Position numbers and translations under genes: made by a program. A DNA stretch of 64,000 nucleotides, from assembly GCF_963921235.1 (NCBI RefSeq), contig NC_086108.1:82958001-83022000 (forward strand). The letters run 5' to 3'. The DNA comes from Mobula hypostoma (taxonomy: Eukaryota). Below are positions 1-10,664 of the stretch, piece by piece (position 1 is the first letter of the stretch; every line of letters starts with the position of its first letter). The notes under the pieces were generated by a model. That model was not told the DNA's origin. It did not search any database and was given only the letters and a program-made list of their open reading frames with translations.

Positions 1-864
1 TCACTCCTCCAGAGCCCACCTGACTGCAATATCGTACAATATGTCCTTTGTACAATAATTTTGCCATACATTTTAAAAATTTTCTTTTTGCTTTTATACA
101 AACCAAGATCTCTGTCTTACACAGAGCTGTACTAAACTATGTTGTCATAAAATCATCTGCTTCACCTTGTCTAAGGGTTCTAATAGAGAAATACTGAAGG
201 AGAAATATGGTCTTTTACTTTACTTTATTGTCGCCAAACAATTGATACTAGAACGTACAATCATCACAGCGATATTTGATTCTGTGCTTCGCGCTCCCTG
301 GAGTACAAATCGATAGTAAATAGTAAAAATGTAAATTATAAATCATAAATAGAAAATAGAAAAGGGAAAGTAAGGTAGTGCAAAAAATCCAGAGGCAGGT
401 CCGGATATTTGGAGGGTACGGCCCAGATCCAGGTCAGGATCTGTTCAGCAGTCTTATCACGGTTGGAAAGAAGCTGTTCCCAAATCTGGACGTACGAGTC
501 TTCAAGCTCCTGAGCCTTCTCCCAGAGAGAAGAGGGACAAAAAGTGTGTTGGCTGGGTGGGCCGTGTTCTTGATTATCCTGGCAGCACTGCTCCGACAGC
601 GTGCGGTGTAAAGTGAGTCCAAGGATGGAAGATTGGTTTGTGTGATGTGCTGGGCTGTGTTCACGATCTTCTGCAGCTTCTACTGGTCTTGGACAGGACA
701 ACTTCCATACCAGGTTGTGATGCACCCTAGAAGAATGCTTTCTACAGTGCATCTATAAAAATTAGTGAGGGTTTTAGGGGACTGGCCAAATTTCTTTAGT
801 TTTCTCAGGAAGTAAAGGTGCTGGTGGGCCTTCTTGGCAGTGAACTCTGCTTGGTTCGACCAAG

Positions 865-2802
865 TTGTTCTCTGGCAAAGATGTGAATGGTAGGTGGGAA
901 GCCTTCAAAGGGGAAATTTTGAGAGTGCAGAGTTTGTATGTTCCTGTCAGGATTAAAGGCAAATTGAATAGGAATAAGGAACCTTGGTTCTCAAGGGATA
1001 TTGCAACTCTGATAAAGAAGAAGAGGGAGTTGTATGAAATGTATAGGAAACAGGGGGTAAATCAGGTGCTTGAGGAGTATAAGAAGTGCAAGAAAATACT
1101 TAAGAAAGAAATCAGGAGGGCTAAAAGAAGACATGAGGTTGCCTTGGCAGTCAAAGTGAAGGATAATCCAAAGAGCTTTTACAAGTATATTAAGAGCAAA
1201 AGGATTGTAAGGGATAAAATTGGTCCTCTTGAAGATCAGAGTGGTCGGCTTTGTGCGGAACCAAAGGAAATGGGGGAGATCTTAAATAGGTTTTTTGCGT
1301 CTGTATTTACTAAGGAAGCTAGCATGAAATCTATGGAATTGAGGGAATCAAGTAGTGAGACCATGGAAACTGTACAGATTGAAAAGGAGGAGGTGCTTGT
1401 TGTCTTGAGAAAAATTAAAGTGGATAAATCCTCAGGACCTGACAGAGTGTTCCCTCGGACCTTGAAGGAGACTAGTGTTGAAATTGCGGGGGCCCTGGCA
1501 GAAATATTTAAAATGTCGCTGTCTACGGGTGAAGTGCCAGAGGATTGGAGAGTGGCTCATGTTGTTCCGTTGTTTAAAAAAGAATCGAAAAGTAATCCAG
1601 GAAATTATAGGCTGGTGAGTTTAAGGTCAGTAGTAGGTAAGTTATTGGAGGGAGTACTAAGAGACAGAATCTACAAGCATTTGGATAGACAGGGGCATAT
1701 TAGGGAGAGTCAACATGGCTTTGTGCGTGGTAGGTCGTGTTTGACCAATCTGTTGGAGTTTTTCGAGGAGGTTACCAGGAAAGTGGATGAAGGGAAGGCA
1801 GTGGATATTGTCTACATGGACTTCAGTAAGGCCTTTGACAAGGTCCCGCATGGGAGGTTAGTTAGGAAAATTCAGTCGCTAGGTATACATGGAGAGGTGG
1901 TAAATTGGATTAGACATTGGCTCGATGGAAGAAGCCAGAGAGTGGTGGTAGAGAATTGCTTCTCTGAGTGGAGGCCTGTGACTAGTGGTGTGCCACAGGG
2001 ATCTGTGCTGGGTCCATTGTTATTTGTCATCTATATCAATGATCTGGATGATAATGTGGTAAATTGGATCAGCAAGTTTGCTGATGATACAAAGATTGGA
2101 GGTGTAGTAGACAGTGAGGAAGGTTTTCAGAGCCTGCAGAGGGACTTGGACCAGCTGGAAAAATGGGCTGAAAAATGGCAGATGGAGTTTAATACTGACA
2201 AGTGTGAGGTATTGCACGTTGGAAGGACAAACCAATGTAGAAAATACAGGGTTAATGGTAAGGCACTGAGGAGTGCAGTGGAACAGAGGGATCTGGGAAT
2301 ACAGATACAAAATTCCCTAAAAGTGTGGTCACAGGTAGATAGGGTCGTAAAGAGAGCTTTTGGTACATTGGCCTTTACTAATCAAAGTATTGAGTATAAG
2401 ACCAGGAATGTTATGATGAGGTTGTATAAGGCATTGGTGAGGCCGAATCTGGAGTATTGTGTTCAGTTTTGGTCACCAAATTACAGGAAGGATATAAATA
2501 AGGTTGAAAGAGTGCAGAGAAGGTTTACAAGGATGTTGCCGGGACTTGAGAAACTCAGTTACAGAGAAAGGTTGAATAGGTTAGGACTTTATTCCCTGGA
2601 GCGTAGAAGAATGAGGGGAGATTTGATAGAGGTATATAAAATTATGATGGGTATAGATAGAGTGAATGCAAGCAGGCTTTTTCCACTGAGGCAAGGGGAG
2701 AAAAAAACCAGAGGACATGGGTTAAAGGTGAGGGGGGAAAACTTTAAAGGGAACATTAGGGGGGGGCTTCTTCACACAGAGAGTGGTGGGAGTATGGAAT
2801 GA
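865..2802 (+). pseudogene. CR1 ORF2 reverse transcriptase, N-terminally truncated (no endonuclease), frameshifted near the C-terminus
   Basis: 645-aa open frame with [48 protein letters not shown] and RRMRGDLIEVYKI. The C-terminus (VVGVWNELP...) continues in the 2783 frame after the G-run at about 2759-2767. Confidence 0.92.
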
Positions 2803-2997
2803 GCTGCCAGACGAGGTGGTAAATGCGGGTTCTTTTTTAACATTTAAGAACAAATTGGACAGATACATGGATGGGAGGTGTATGGAGGGATATGGTCCGT
2901 GTGCAGGTCAGTGGACTAGGCAGAAAATGGTTCGGCACAGCCAAGAAGGGCCAAAGGGCCTGTTTCTGTGCTGTAGTTTCTTTGGTTCTATGGTTCT
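866..2997 (+). mobile_element. Young 5'-truncated CR1 LINE
   Basis: Long RT ORF, CR1-type 3' end (GGGCC...GGGCCTGTTTCTGTGCTGTA) and a (TTCTATGG)-like tail. A 4-bp AAGT duplication flanks the element. Confidence 0.95.
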
Positions 2998-3816
2998 AAG
3001 TCAGATCATTTGTGATATTGACCCCGAGGAACTTAAAGCTTTTGACCTGTTCCACTTGCGCACCACCGATGTAAATGGGGTCATGTGGTCCACTACTCCT
3101 TCTGAAGTCAGCAACCAATTCCTTCGTCTTGCTGACGTTGAGGGATGGGTTATTGTCTTCGCACCATGCCACCAGGTTCTTTATTTCCTCTCTGTGCTCA
3201 AACTCATCATTACCCGAGATATGGCCTATAGTTGTGGTGTCATCAGCAAACTTATATATTGAGTTCGATGGAAACTTGGCTACACAATCATGGGTGTACA
3301 GTGAGTACAGCAGGGGGCTGAGTACACAGCTTTGTGGGGCACTGGTGCTCAGAGTGATTGTAGAGGAGAACTTGTCCCCTACTTTTACAGCCTGGGTCCT
3401 GTCTGTGAGGAAGTTGAAGATCCAGCTGCAGATCTGAGTGCTAAGGCCCAGGTTCTGGAGCTTAGGAATCAGTTTATTTGGAATGATGTTATTAAAGCAG
3501 AGCTGTAGTCAATGAAAAGGAGCCTTACATATGCGTCTTTATTCTCCAGGTGTTCTAAGGAGGAATGTGGGGCCAGAGAGATGGCATCTGCCGTTGACAT
3601 GTTGCTCCAGTAGGCGAATTGCAAAGCGTCGAGGTTGACTGGTAGGATGTGGTTGATGTGTGCCATAACCAATCGCCTGAAGCACTTCATAGCAATTGAT
3701 GTCAGAGCCACAGGTCTGAAATTAGCAATGACAATTCTGTATTCACTGGGTTTTCTAAAATATTAAATAAAGGGAGAAATTGGCTTGAGATTGATGGAGG
3801 TTATCTTCACAAAATA

Positions 3817-3854
3817 TCAAGTAGCTTCAATATCTCCACTCGAAGGTAAGCTGT
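3817..3854 (-). CDS. Candidate terminal coding exon of an unidentified host gene (DSLPSSGDIEAT*)
   Basis: Polypyrimidine acceptor cttccattccgcttcttag|ACAG. It is phase-compatible with the candidate exon at 4202-4291 and lies in unique sequence. No homology recognised. Confidence 0.25.
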
Positions 3855-4201
3855 CTAAGAAGCGGAATGGAAGCATGATGTTATGAAAGTTGTTTTTAAC
3901 TCCTAATGCATATTGTTCTCCTTTAAACATTATTTGCTCCACTTGTTTTCAAACAATTGCTATTCAACTAAAAAATGGCTTAATAATCTCAGAACAACCT
4001 GAAAATAAATGTGTCAATATGTCTGAATATTGCTCTTTTCCAGAATGTTTTGCATTTGCAGTATCTTTTAATACCTTGGTTGAAAGCAACAACTTAACTC
4101 AACCTGGAGCCTCAGAAAGGAAAGCTTAAAACATTGAAGCTCATGAATATACGTTGTAAAATTAGGGCCTCTTGGACTTCCATTCTTTTCAGGATAATTA
4201 C

Positions 4202-4291
4202 CTATGAGCAGCTTCAGTACACCGTTCTTAATTGTCTCTCCCTTTGGCACACAGCAGTAAAACCGCATCTGAATGTTTCCAGCTTGACTAG
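4202..4291 (-). CDS. Candidate 90-nt phase 1/1 coding exon (xSQAGNIQMRFYCCVPKGETIKNGVLKLLI)
   Basis: Acceptor ttttaattataag|CT, donor ATAG|gtaatt, open frame in unique sequence. Confidence 0.25.
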
Positions 4292-5098
4292 CTTATAATT
4301 AAAATGTAATCCACAGAGAAGTCATTCTTAGCTGTCCTTCAAGCTTTGAGGGACCAAATTCCATTACAGCTCTCAGTCACTTCAGTGTGATACAGTACAA
4401 AAGCTACCATTTACAATATCTTCAAGGTTACCGACTACAATTCTGGAACACTCCTCAGAACTCATTTGTCAGAAAGCGTTATTGTGATTGAATGTGCTGT
4501 AATTCACCTTGATTCTGTGCACTTATTCAAACAAATGCTGTTTTTCAAGTTTGTGTGGATAGGAAGATGGTGGTGGGGGATGCTAAAGACACTACTTCTG
4601 GATGGAAGAGTTTATCATACTACCTAACAAATTTGCAGCCAAAGTTCTTGAACATTTGGTGACATTTGTTTCGGGGATTTAAAGCAACATAAACAATCAT
4701 TGCAATTAGATTACATATAACTTGATTTTACCTGCAATTGTAAAATGATATATCATTTCATTCAGTAGGTAATTTAGTTCTACCCTGAAATCATGGATTT
4801 TCATTACAAATTCATTATCAATTTGATGAAGAATCTGTTTTCCCACAGATTTGAACTGTTTCCAGTTAATTCATAATTTCAAAGCTTTTGGAATTGTTTT
4901 CTCCAGCACTCTCTTATGGACAAACAAAAACAAAGAAACTGCAGGGGGTCAGGTCAGGTAGCACCCTTGGGGAGAAAGCAGTGGGCAATGTTTTGAATCC
5001 AGACTCTACATCAGGGTGGAATGTGCAAAGGAAAGGTAACCAGTATATAAGGAAGGGCTAGCAGGTGATAGGTGGAACCAGGTGAAGTGGGAGATAAT

Positions 5099-5486
5099 GG
5101 AGCAACGGAGGATGAGAGGTGACCTGATAGAGATGAATAAGATGAAGAGAGGCCTTGATCGTGTGGATAGTCAGAGACTTTTTCCCAGGGCTGAAATGGC
5201 TGCCACAAGAGGGCACAGGTTTATGGTGCTTGAGGGTAGGTACAGAGGAGATGTCAGGGGTAAGTTTTTTTACTCAGAGAGTGGTAAGTGTGTGGAATGG
5301 GCTGCCGGCAATGGTGGTGGAGGAGGATATGATAGGGTCTTTTAAGAGACTTTTGGATAGGTACATGGAGCTTAGAAAAATAGAGGGCTATGGGTAAGCC
5401 TAGTAATTTCTAAGGTAGGGACATGTTCAGCACAACTTTGTGGGCCGAAGGGCCTGTATTGTGCTGCAGGTTTTCTATGTTTCTAT
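5099..5486 (+). mobile_element. CR1 3' fragment
   Basis: EQRRMRGDLIE and FFTQRVVSVWNGLP, with a (TTCTATGT) tail. Confidence 0.9.
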
Positions 5487-5894
5487 AACGGACAGAAATA
5501 GCCGGGTGGAGGAGAGCTAGGTGCAGTTCAGAGATGGCAGCTGGTAGGTAGGCAGGCGAAAACATGATGGGTGGAGATGGGTGGTGGGGAGGGTCGAGTC
5601 AGAAGCTGCAAGCTGATTATCGGAACCAGATCAAAGTAGAGAAGATGTACACATGGAACCAAACTGATAGGACAAAAGGAGAAACCCCAGAGTGAATGGA
5701 TTGAATTGGAGAGGTGGACGTGGTTTGGGGTTGGGGAGAGTGGGAAAGGAACACTGGGGTTGTGGGTTTCCTGAAATGGACGATTCAATGTTAATATCGT
5801 TGGCTTGTAGGCCACCTCAGTGTCGTTTTTTTAGTTTGTGTTCATCTCACTGTGGTAAACCTGAGGACAGATGGGTGAGACTTGGAATGGGAAG

Positions 5895-6155
5895 TTTTAT
5901 GCTTCAAAACTTCAAAACATTAAGCTAACTCAGAGGCAGGCATGGGAGTCTGGTAATGCGGGTCTAACTTGTTCTTGACTTGAAGCGAGGCGCACGTGTG
6001 TCACATGGTAGCGTAATGACGTAAGCAATTGACGTATTTTTACAAATAACCTGTAATGAATTGTTTAAGTGAACAGGAATGCATAATCAGCCTATATATA
6101 TATATATATACACACAAGAATACTCAAATATTACTGAAATATTAAATATACAACA
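5895..6155 (-). mobile_element. Probable short solo LTR (about 260 bp)
   Basis: Interrupts the PLE and is flanked by GGAAG (5890-5894 and 6156-6160). One end is canonical (...TACAACA) and the other is mutated. The core is CpG-rich, with TGACGT motifs and a (TA)n run. Confidence 0.6.
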
Positions 6156-6780
6156 GGAAGGGAAGCTAGAATGACATGCGTCAGAAGCTCAAGATGGTGG
6201 CTATGGAGGCGGTGTAGGAACAAGTGTTGCACCACCTCTTACAGTTGCAGGGAAAAGTATCGGGGTCAGGGAGGGATGAGTGGTGAAGGATGAGGGACCA
6301 AGGAGTCACAAAGAGAGTGATGTTAATGGAAAGGAGGGGAGGGCGGGGAAAAGAAAAGAGGAGAAGATATTAGCGGTGGTGGGACCCTGTTGGAGCCAGC
6401 AGAAACAGCAAAGGACGATCTGCTGGGTGCAGAAGCTAGCGGGATCAAAGGCAAGGACCAAAGGAAATCTTAGCTCTGTTCTGTCTGGGGATAGAGGGAT
6501 GGAGAGCAGGCTTCCAGGAAATGGAAACAATACAGGTGACAACTCTATGTAGCCGGGGGTGGGCGGGGGGGAGCCACATTTTCTGAAAAAGAGGACATCT
6601 TAAAAGTTCTGGAACAAAAAGCTCCAGCCCAACAGCAGATATAACGGAGCCAGAGAACATGAGAAAAAATAAGATGATGTTCTGGAAGGAGGTATATTCA
6701 AGAAAGTTATGGATTTATAGTAAATATTGGTGGATCACTTGTCTCCTGGGATGGAAATAAAGAGATTCAGAAAAGGGAGA

Positions 6781-6965
6781 GGAGTCATAGAGTTACACAG
6801 CACGGAAACAAACCGTTTAGCCCAACACGTCCACCAAGATGTCCATCTGAGCATGTCCCATTTGCCTGCATTTAACACACATCCCTCTCAACCTTTGTTA
6901 TCTATGTACCTGTTCAAATGCCTTTTAAATATTATAATTGTACCGGCCTTTACCACTTCCCCTAG
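6781..6965 (-). mobile_element. CR1 3' end fragment
   Basis: The reverse complement shows ...TTTAAAAGGCATTTGAACAGGTACATAG and a CTCTATGACT-type tail. Confidence 0.75.
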
Positions 6966-7264
6966 CAGAAATTTCATCGCAGGGTGGAAATTAAATGCAA
7001 AGGTAATTAGACGGACATATTTAGTGTGGCCTTTGAGCATGTTTCTTTGGTCCCACAGAAAAAAAATGCCATACTATCTCTGTCCATGAAGGTCGGATTG
7101 TTTTGGCTTCATCGTCTCATCTTTGGTTTACTTTTGATTTCTTAGCTTTCTTTGAACTTCAGCTTTGAGTTGAAAGAAGAGATTCTGAATAAGTGCTGTT
7201 CACTCATAAATAATTCATTTCTTCCAAGCCGAGCGTCATTGGGCATTATATGGTTGATATGAAC

Positions 7265-8550
7265 AAAGAACGTAAAATATAGAACAGTATAGCACAGTGC
7301 TGACCCTTCAGCCCTCAATGTTGTACTGATATCTTAACCTACACCAAGGTTAATATAATGTTTCCCTCCCATATAGTCCTCCATTTTTCTTTCATCCATG
7401 TGCCTGTCTTAAATGTCCCTAATATATTTGCCTCTACCAGCATCTCTAGCAGTGCGTTGCAATCACTGACCACTTTCTGTGATAAAAAAATCTTTTGTTG
7501 ACATCACTCATATATTTTCCTCCAATCACCTTAAAATAATGCTCCCTAGTATTAGTTATTTCTGCTAATGCAAGCTAAAAAGTCTCTTGCTGTCCACGCG
7601 ATGGGTGTCACGGTAACGTAGTGGTTAGCGTGATGCCGCTACAGCTCGGGGCGTTAGAGGTCAGCATTCAATTGCAATATCATCTGTAAGGAGTCTGTAC
7701 GTCCTCCCCATGGAGTGTGTAGATTTACTCCAGGTACCCTGGTTTCCTCACACAGTCCAAAGACATACCGGTTAGTTGGTTAATTGGCCATTGTCAATTG
7801 TCTTGTGATTGGGCTAATGTTAAATTGGGGATTGCTGGGCAGTGTGGCTCGAACGGCTGGAAGGGCTTATTCTGCTCTGTATCATAATAAATAAATAAAT
7901 AAATCCAAAATCTATGTTGCTTATCAACTTGTACACCTCTCATCCTCCTTCACAGCAAAGAGAAAAGCCCTAGCTCACTCATCCTATCCTCATAGGACAC
8001 ACTCTTCAATGCAGGCAGCATCCTGGCAAATCTCCCTTGCATCCTCTCTAAATCTTCCACATCTTTCCTATAATGAGGCAACCAGAACAGAACACAATAT
8101 TCCAAATGTAGTCTAGCCAGGGTTTTATAGGTCAGCAACATTACCTTGCATTTCTTGTACCCAATCCCCTGACTAATGAAGGCCAACACACCATACACCT
8201 TCATAGTCAACCTACCAACTTGCGTGACAACCTTGAAGGATTTCGACATGGACCCCAAGATCCCTGTGTTCTTCCACAATGCAAAGAATTTTGCCATTAA
8301 CCCTGTACTCTGCTTCAAGTTCAACCTTCCAAAGTGTGTCACTTCACACTTCTCTGGATTGAAATCTATCTGCCACTCCTCTGCCCAGCTCTGCATCCTA
8401 TCAATGTCCCACTGTAACCTACAGCAACCTTCTACACTATCCACAATGCCACCTTCATATCATCTGCAAGCTTACTAACTCACTCTTCTACTTCTTCATT
8501 CAAGTCATGTATAAACGTCGCAAAGGGTAGGGTTTCCAGAACAGATCCCT
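7265..8550 (-). mobile_element. Decayed CR1 LINE, interrupted by a SINE at 7603-7904
   Basis: ORF 7950-8444 contains WAEEWQIDFNPEKCEVTHFG and LEYCVLFWLPHYRKDV. The 3' tail is near 7270. Confidence 0.88.
7603..7904 (+). mobile_element. tRNA-derived HE1/V-SINE-like element
   Basis: A-box-like GTAGTGGTTAG, V-domain-like GGTTTCCTCACACAGTCCAAAGACAT, CR1-like 3' part and (TAAA)n tail. Confidence 0.85.
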
Positions 8551-8551
8551 T

Positions 8552-8810
8552 CTAGAGTGAGTGGAGGAAGGTTTAGAAGGGATTTCAGTCATATTGTTTT
8601 ACACAGAGAGTGGTAAGTGTCTACAGTACACTGGAATACACTACCTGTGGTGGTGGTTGAGACTAATTATTATCATTTAAGAGAATCTTAGAAGGGGAAA
8701 TGAATGAAAGAAAAAATGGAGGGCTGTGTAGGAGGAAATGGATTGATTAATCTTGGTCTGAGTTAAAACGTCAGCACAGCATCATAGGACCCATACTGTT
8801 CTATGTTCTA
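8552..8810 (+). mobile_element. CR1 3' fragment
   Basis: TTTTACACAGAGAGTGGTAAGTG motif and TTCTATGTTCTAT tail. Confidence 0.75.
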
Positions 8811-9159
8811 TTTCACAGAATACCTGACTATCTTGAACTTTGATGTTTATTCAGTAATGCTATTTCATTGATCTTCTAATTTGCTCAAACATCTATAATT
8901 TTTCCTGAACCTTAAGAGCATTAGCTATGATTTAGACACCTTAGAGTTTGACAAGTCTGCAATGGTAAATAAAAACTACTGTAAATCCCTTTCATACCCT
9001 GCAAGAAAGCTGCTTGACCTTGTTACCCAGGCAACAGCATTACCACAGTAGATCGATTATTAGCCTTGATAGAAAAGAAAGCTAGTGTGCAGACTGCAAA
9101 AGTAAAGAAACACTAGAAAGTGAATATGGGTGCGTGGATATGTCTTTTTGAATTGTGCT

Positions 9160-9870
9160 GCACTGTAGCCTATATTAAGAGAGAAAGGTTCACCAGACTG
9201 ATACATAGGAGGGTAAAGTATACTGTATTCGTATGAGGGGAGATTAACTAGCTGAGGCCTGTACTTTCTTGCACTTATTTTTTTTATTTAATTTTTAATT
9301 TAGAGGTACAACATGGTATCAGGCTCTCCCAGCTCAATGAGCCAATGCCTCCCAATTACACTCACGTGACCAATTAACCTTCTAATCCATATGTCTCTTT
9401 TGGACTGTGGGAGGAAGCCAGAGCACCTGGAGGGAATGTATGCTGTCAAGGGGAGAACATACAAACTCCTTACAGACAGTGCAGGATCTGAGGCCAGATT
9501 GTAGGTGCAGTAATAGTGCTCACTAACTGCTGCATGACTGTCCTGCCCCCTCTGGTAGACTTTTGAATCAGCAGAAAGATCTCATAAGGACTCTGATAGG
9601 GTAGAGGTGGAGTTAAAGCTTCCCCTGGCTTGGATATCTAGGAACAGGCACCATAGTATCAAATCAAGAGGTCAGCCATTCAGGAATGAGATGAGTAGAA
9701 ATCTCTTCACACAGAAGATGGGGAATTTTTGGAATTGCCTCCCAAGAATGGCTGTGGAGGTTCAGTCACTGAATATTTTCAAGAAAGAGAAATGAAGATA
9801 TTTAGATATTGAAGGGATCTAGACATACAAGGATAGTGCAGCAAAGCAAAGCTAAGCCATGATTTTATTA
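9160..9870 (+). mobile_element. Old CR1 3' fragment, interrupted by a SINE
   Basis: GQPFRNEMSRNLFTQKMGNFWNCLP (9607-9795). Confidence 0.7.
9275..9550 (-). mobile_element. HE1/V-SINE-like element
   Basis: Antisense V-domain TTTGGACTGTGGGAGGAAGCCAGAGCACC and AAACTCCTTACAGA, with a T-rich tail at the left. Confidence 0.8.
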
Positions 9871-10262
9871 ATAGAAACCTGCCTCCCTTCCATGGACTCT
9901 GTTTACACTTCTCTCTGCCTCGGTAAAGCACAATCAAGGGCAGTACCCAACCAAGACATTCTCTTTTCTCCCCCCACCGCCCTCTCATCAGGCAGAAGAT
10001 ACAAAAGCTTGAAGGTACCACCAGGCTCAGGGATAGCTTCTATCCCACTATTGAATGTACAATCAGACAGAATTTTGGCCTCACGACCTACCTCATTATG
10101 ACCTTTCACCTTATTGTTTAGCTGCTCTGTACTTTGTAAGTCTGACACTTTATTGTGCACCTTGTTATTGTTTCAACTTGTACTGCCTCAATGCATTGTT
10201 GCATAAATTGATCTATATGTATATTTTACTGCACCTTGGTACATGTGACAATAATAAATCAA
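9870..10262 (+). mobile_element. Rex1/Babar-like 3' fragment
   Basis: LSSGRRYKSLK motif. The 3' UTR ends GGTACATGTGACAATAATAAA. Confidence 0.8.
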
Positions 10263-10267
10263 CTTAT

Positions 10268-10600
10268 TAGAGTCATAGAAAAGTACAGCACAGAAAAAGA
10301 CTTTTTGACCCATCTAGTCCATGCCAAACCATTTATTCTGTGTACTTCCATCAACCTGTATCAGGACCATAGCCCTCCGTACCACTACTATCCATGTGCC
10401 TAACCAAACTTCTCTAAAACTTTGAAATCGAGCTCGCATGCATCACTTGCTCTGGCAGCTCATTCCACACTCTCACAACCTTCTGAGTGAACAAGTTTCC
10501 CCTCATGTTCCCCTAAAACCTTTCATCTTTCACCCTTAATCATTGACCTCCAGTTGTAGTCCCACCTAACCTCGGTGGAAAAAGCCTGCTTGCATTTACC
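10268..10600 (-). mobile_element. CR1 3' fragment
   Basis: Antisense of ACTTGTTCACTCAGAAGGTTGTGAGAGTGTGGAATGAGCTGCCA, with a CTATGACT tail. Confidence 0.85.
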
Positions 10601-10664
10601 CAATTTATCAAATGACAGAGAAGGCCTTAGATGTAACAAAGAAGATATTATATCTTAGGATACC

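Larger units (their letters stand above)
212..3715 (-). mobile_element. 5'-truncated Rex1/Babar-like LINE, split by a CR1 insertion (pieces about 212-865 and 2998-3715)
   Basis: Minus-strand peptides [19 protein letters not shown] and [12 protein letters not shown] (3469-3711) and LFVPLLSGRRLRSLKTRTSRFGNSFFP (434-664). The 3' end has AATAAA and (AAAGT)n. The two halves rejoin across a duplicated AAGT (862-865 and 2998-3001). Confidence 0.85.
4925..7015 (-). mobile_element. Decayed Penelope-like element, interrupted by CR1 fragments and a solo LTR
   Basis: Minus-strand peptides FPLVLAFDPASFCTQQIVL...QQGPTTANIF (6306-6542) and FNFHPAMKF (about 6970-7002) resemble PLE ORF segments. The degenerate 3' part near 4930-5015 resembles 15470-15570. 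Confidence 0.7.

Noticed and set aside
3772..3845. Plus-strand exon ending GAAG|gtaagc
   Set aside because: The donor is strong, but the upstream acceptor is A-rich, and it conflicts with a better-formed minus-strand candidate.
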